Shown piece by piece: positions 61,109-64,000 of a DNA stretch of 64,000 nt; the stretch's first letter is position 1; every line of letters begins with the position of its first letter. The notes under the pieces were generated by a model. It saw only the letters and a program-made list of their open reading frames with translations, was not told where the DNA came from and did no database searches. Source of the DNA: Myxococcota bacterium (GTDB lineage: Bacteria > Myxococcota_A > UBA9160 > UBA6930); NCBI GenBank assembly GCA_965223415.1, contig OZ245002.1:192001-256000 (forward strand), read 5' to 3'. A program made the translations under genes and the position numbers.

Positions 61109-61669
61109 TCAGTCTGGGTCCAGCAGGCCCGGCGGCAGCGTCACCGTGATGCGGCCGGCGCTCGGGTCGATATCGGTGACGAACTCGCGGGCGGTCGGGA
61201 TCAGCTGCCTGCGCCCCGCGGCGCTCCGGACCACGAGCAGGTCGTGGGCGCCGGTCTCCCAGATCTCCTCGACCCGCCCGATCGGCGCGCCGCCCCCGGC
61301 GACGACCTCGCAGCCCACCAGCTCGTACCAGTAGAACTCGTCCTCGGGAAGCGCGGGCAACACCGCCGCCGGCACGGTGACGAGGCGACCGGCCAGGGCC
61401 TGCGCCCCCTCGCGATCGGCCACGCCGGCCAGCTTCAGCTTCACCTCTGCACCGCGTCCTGCTCCTCCTCCTTCGATGTCGAAATGCTTCGGGGCCGGAT
61501 CCTCCGGCCCGCGCTCGGGATCGGCGAGAGCGATCTCGCCGGCCTCGAGCAGGTTCTCCGGCCCGTCGCCGTAGACGCGCACGCGGATCTCGCCCCGAAG
61601 CCCGTGGGCGCCGACCACGTGCCCCAGCACGACGCGGCGATGTTCGTCCGCTCCTCCGGCTGTGATCAG
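61109..61669 (-). CDS. rimM: Ribosome maturation factor RimM
   Basis: [30 protein letters not shown]. Start uncertain (CTG 61669 or GTG 61630). Confidence 0.92.
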   Translation of the reverse strand: MITAGGADEHRRVVLGHVVGAHGLRGEIRVRVYGDGPENLLEAGEIALADPERGPEDPAPKHFDIEGGGAGRGAEVKLKLAGVADREGAQALAGRLVTVPAAVLPALPEDEFYWYELVGCEVVAGGGAPIGRVEEIWETGAHDLLVVRSAAGRRQLIPTAREFVTDIDPSAGRITVTLPPGLLDPD

Positions 61670-61893
61670 TCGACGATCTCGAGGCGAACGCGGCCTCCGC
61701 CCCGCGAGGCGGCCAGCACCGCCCGCATGGCCTTGGCCACGCGACCCTGGCGGCCAATCACGCGGCCGCGGTCGTCGTCGGCAGTCTCGAGCTCGAGCAT
61801 CTTGCCGCCGTCGGTCTCCACCACGTTCACGGCGTCGGCGTCGTCGACGATGGCCTTCGCGATGAAATCGATCAGCTCCTGGGGCTTGCTCAT
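61666..61893 (-). CDS. khpA: KH-domain RNA-binding protein KhpA
   Basis: [29 protein letters not shown]. Lies between rpsP and rimM. Confidence 0.92.
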   Translation of the reverse strand: MSKPQELIDFIAKAIVDDADAVNVVETDGGKMLELETADDDRGRVIGRQGRVAKAMRAVLAASRGGGRVRLEIVD

Positions 61894-62216
61894 GACGTCG
61901 CCCCTTCCGCCGGCGCATCGGTCGGCGCGGCGACGGGAGCCGGCGGCGGCGTAGGCACGGGCCGCTCGGTCGGGCCGCCCTGCTTGCGCTGGCGCTTGAG
62001 CAGCCCCTTCACCGAGGGCGCGAGCTGCGCGCCCTTGTCGACCCACGCCTGGATCTTGCCAGCGTCCAGGCGGATCTCCGGGGGCTCGGTCATCGGGTTG
62101 TAGGTACCCAGGTACTCGAGGGCGCGGCCGTCGCGCTTCTCGCGGTGATCGATGGCGATCACGCGGTAGTACGGGCGCTTCTTCGCGCCCGCGCGCGTGA
62201 GACGGATCTTGACCAT
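61890..62216 (-). CDS. rpsP: 30S ribosomal protein S16 (Pro/Ala-rich C-terminal extension)
   Basis: MVKIRLTRAGAKKRPYYR, RDGR, GTYNP, GAQ. Confidence 0.97.
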   Translation of the reverse strand: MVKIRLTRAGAKKRPYYRVIAIDHREKRDGRALEYLGTYNPMTEPPEIRLDAGKIQAWVDKGAQLAPSVKGLLKRQRKQGGPTERPVPTPPPAPVAAPTDAPAEGATS

Positions 62217-62347
62217 GGCTCTCCCTCGGGTCCGCCGCGGCGAAGGCGACGTCGTGCGGAAGGTGAAACGGGGCTGGCCCGGGCAGCGCCGGCCCTCGAA
62301 AATCCCTTGGGAAATCGGCGGCCTAGGAGCCAGAACAGCGGGCGGGA

Positions 62348-62376
62348 AAGCTAGACGACCCTCTCCACCGGGTCAA
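62348..62376 (-). promoter_or_regulatory. Sigma70-type promoter of the rpsP operon
   Basis: Minus strand TTGACC-17 nt-TAGCTT, about 130 nt upstream of the rpsP ATG. Confidence 0.7.
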
Positions 62377-62414
62377 CGCTCGGTGGCGGCGGGGCAGCGG
62401 CGGCCCGGCCCGGC

Positions 62415-62624
62415 TCAACGGCCCGAGGGGCCCAGCCCCCGGCGCTCCTCCTCCTTCCGCTCCGAGCAGGGCGGGCAGGCGTAGAGCTCGCGGTGGGGGG
62501 TCTGGAGGCGCTCGTAGTTCGCGTCCAGGGCGACCCGCCGGACACTGGCTGCCTGCTCGCCGCAGAAATCGCAGCGGAGCCCGTCGGCGGAGGACGGCGC
62601 GGGATCGGGGGCTTCCGGACTCAC
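62415..62624 (-). CDS. Small hypothetical protein with CxxC...CxxC (zinc ribbon-like)
   Basis: 69 aa with CDFC and CPPC and GC3-rich codons. Starts 11 nt after the dciA stop. Confidence 0.65.
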   Translation of the reverse strand: MSPEAPDPAPSSADGLRCDFCGEQAASVRRVALDANYERLQTPHRELYACPPCSERKEEERRGLGPSGR

Positions 62625-62635
62625 GGCGGCGGATG

Positions 62636-62950
62636 TTACCGAACGCGGAAGCGCAGGTCCGTGGGGGCGCCCTCCCCCAGGGCGTCCTCCAGGGCCCGCA
62701 GGATGTCTCCCCGGCGCATCTGGAGGTGCTGGGCCCAGACGCTCGAGTCCACCGCCACCTCCAGGACGCCCCGCCGCAGGTCCACCGGCTCGCAGTGCTC
62801 CGCCGCGTCGCCCAGGGCCTGCTCCCAGGCGTCGAACAGGGCGAAGGCCGGCGCCGCGCCGGTGTGACCGAGCTCCGAGAGGACGCGGCCGATCATGCTC
62901 CCGACCCGTTGGGGGTCCCGCTTCGGGCGGGCCCGGGGCGGCGGGCTCAC
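62636..62950 (-). CDS. dciA: DciA / DUF721 family protein
   Basis: LFDAWEQALG..A.H..P......L.V.V.SSVWAQHL......I pattern. GTG overlaps the DUF1015 stop. Confidence 0.8.
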   Translation of the reverse strand: MSPPPRARPKRDPQRVGSMIGRVLSELGHTGAAPAFALFDAWEQALGDAAEHCEPVDLRRGVLEVAVDSSVWAQHLQMRRGDILRALEDALGEGAPTDLRFRVR

Positions 62951-64000
62951 CCGGCCTCGGGGTCGAGCTCCCGGAACAGCAGGCCCGTCGGGAGCTTCGG
63001 ATGGAAGAAGGTCGACTTCTGGGGGAGGGTCTCGCCGGCCTCGGTCACCCGGAAGACGTCGTCGGGCGAGAGCGGGTTCAGGTAGAGGGCGACGCGGCCG
63101 CGCCCCTCGCGCACGTCCTTGGCGGTCTGGGCGGCGGACTTCGGGAAGGCGACGGCGCCGCCACGCACGGCCTCGTCGTCCAGGCCGAAGACGCCGGTCA
63201 GGACCTCGTCGTGGATCACGCGCACCGAGAGCTCGGCGTCCGCCGGGCGCGACCACAGGACGAGGCGGCCGCTCGCGTCGTCGGCGGCGAAGGCGTAGCC
63301 GTCGGCCAGCGGCGCGAGCTCGCGCTCGAGCAGGGCCGGGAGATCCGCCGCGTCGCCGACGGTGAGGTCCCGGCGCGCCCAGCCCCGCTCGGCCAGGGCG
63401 TCCCAGCGATCGCCGCCCGCCGAAGGCGGTGCGACGACGAGCCGGTGGATCGGCAGCAGGAGACTGCCCGGCGCGTAGGCGTTCGCGAAGTAGGTCAGGA
63501 GCCGCGTGCAGGGATGGTCGGAGGCGGCCCCGGCCGCCCGCTGCTCGTCGCGATAGGCGAGGGCCGTCTCGTAGCGGTGATGGCCGTCCGCGATGACAAC
63601 CGGCCGCTCCGCCATGAAGGCGCGGATCGTCCCCGTGGCCCCGGCGTCGCGCAGGGGGACGATCGTCTGCTCGACGCCGCCGTCGTCCCGGGCGACGAGA
63701 GCCGCCGGGTCCTGCAGCGCCGTCTCGAAGAGGGGCTGGAGCTTGTCGTCCCGGTCTTCGTAGAGCATGAACACGGCGGAGAGGTTGGTGCGCGACGCCT
63801 GCAGGATCTTGAGACGATCCGCCTTCGGTCCGGCCAGGGTCCGCTCGTGGGGACGCACGATGCGCTTCGCGTAGTCCTCGAGCTGGAGCGCGCCGAAGAA
63901 CCCGAGGCGCTCCCGGAAGTGCCCGTCGGGCGCGGTGAAGCGCTGGCGGAGCACGTAGTAGGCCGGCGCCTCGTCCCGGGCGAGCACGCCCTCACGGCGC
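62947..64000 (-). CDS. DUF1015 family protein (5' end outside the window)
   Basis: RPHERT...KADR, IADGHHRYETAL, PIHR, LPQKSTFFHPKL.TG. Confidence 0.9.
   Translation of the reverse strand, partial: RREGVLARDEAPAYYVLRQRFTAPDGHFRERLGFFGALQLEDYAKRIVRPHERTLAGPKADRLKILQASRTNLSAVFMLYEDRDDKLQPLFETALQDPAALVARDDGGVEQTIVPLRDAGATGTIRAFMAERPVVIADGHHRYETALAYRDEQRAAGAASDHPCTRLLTYFANAYAPGSLLLPIHRLVVAPPSAGGDRWDALAERGWARRDLTVGDAADLPALLERELAPLADGYAFAADDASGRLVLWSRPADAELSVRVIHDEVLTGVFGLDDEAVRGGAVAFPKSAAQTAKDVREGRGRVALYLNPLSPDDVFRVTEAGETLPQKSTFFHPKLPTGLLFRELDPEAG

Noticed and set aside
62217..62414. SRP RNA or tRNA upstream of rpsP
   Set aside because: No SRP domain-IV motif or cloverleaf found. The region is explained by the promoter and leader.

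Overview
This window is very GC-rich bacterial DNA. The sigma54 activators, short OPX plus beta-barrel, and rpsP-khpA-rimM-trmD-rplS order suggest Myxococcota or a related deltaproteobacterial lineage (inference). About 3-52 kb is one large Wzx/Wzy-type surface-polysaccharide locus. (1) A minus-strand export/precursor operon: sigma54 activator, short OPX lipoprotein, outer-membrane beta-barrel, co-polymerase, ExeA-type ATPase, BY-kinase, WecA-type initiator, gmd, epimerase, ugd, manC. It is followed by a Crp regulator and a two-component pair. (2) A divergent tailoring operon: wecB, SxtJ-like / carbamoyltransferase / SxtK-like trio, DUF362, bi-domain oxidoreductase, CapK-like ligase, GT4. (3) A mixed-orientation accessory block: ATP-grasp ligase, deacetylase, methyltransferase, GH42-like protein, alkaline-phosphatase-family protein, two nucleotidyltransferase-like proteins, two sulfotransferase-fold proteins, a P-loop kinase, a metallophosphoesterase, two paralogous flippases, a Wzy/GT-C protein and more GT4s. 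A complete 1664-bp ISNCY-type element sits in the CTAG shared by two convergent stop codons. The right end has a second sigma54 two-component pair, ligA, a heparinase II/III-like gene, rsmI, yraN, a cupin, the S16-L19 operon, dciA and DUF1015. Notable signals: chains of ATGA-coupled 9-11-codon mini-ORFs at operon junctions; a sulfotransferase-fold protein with a Walker-A loop next to kinase and nucleotidyltransferase genes (candidate undescribed glycan-tailoring module); and two related ~70-bp palindromes. No rRNA, tRNA or CRISPR array was seen. All family assignments come from motif recognition by eye, not database searches.
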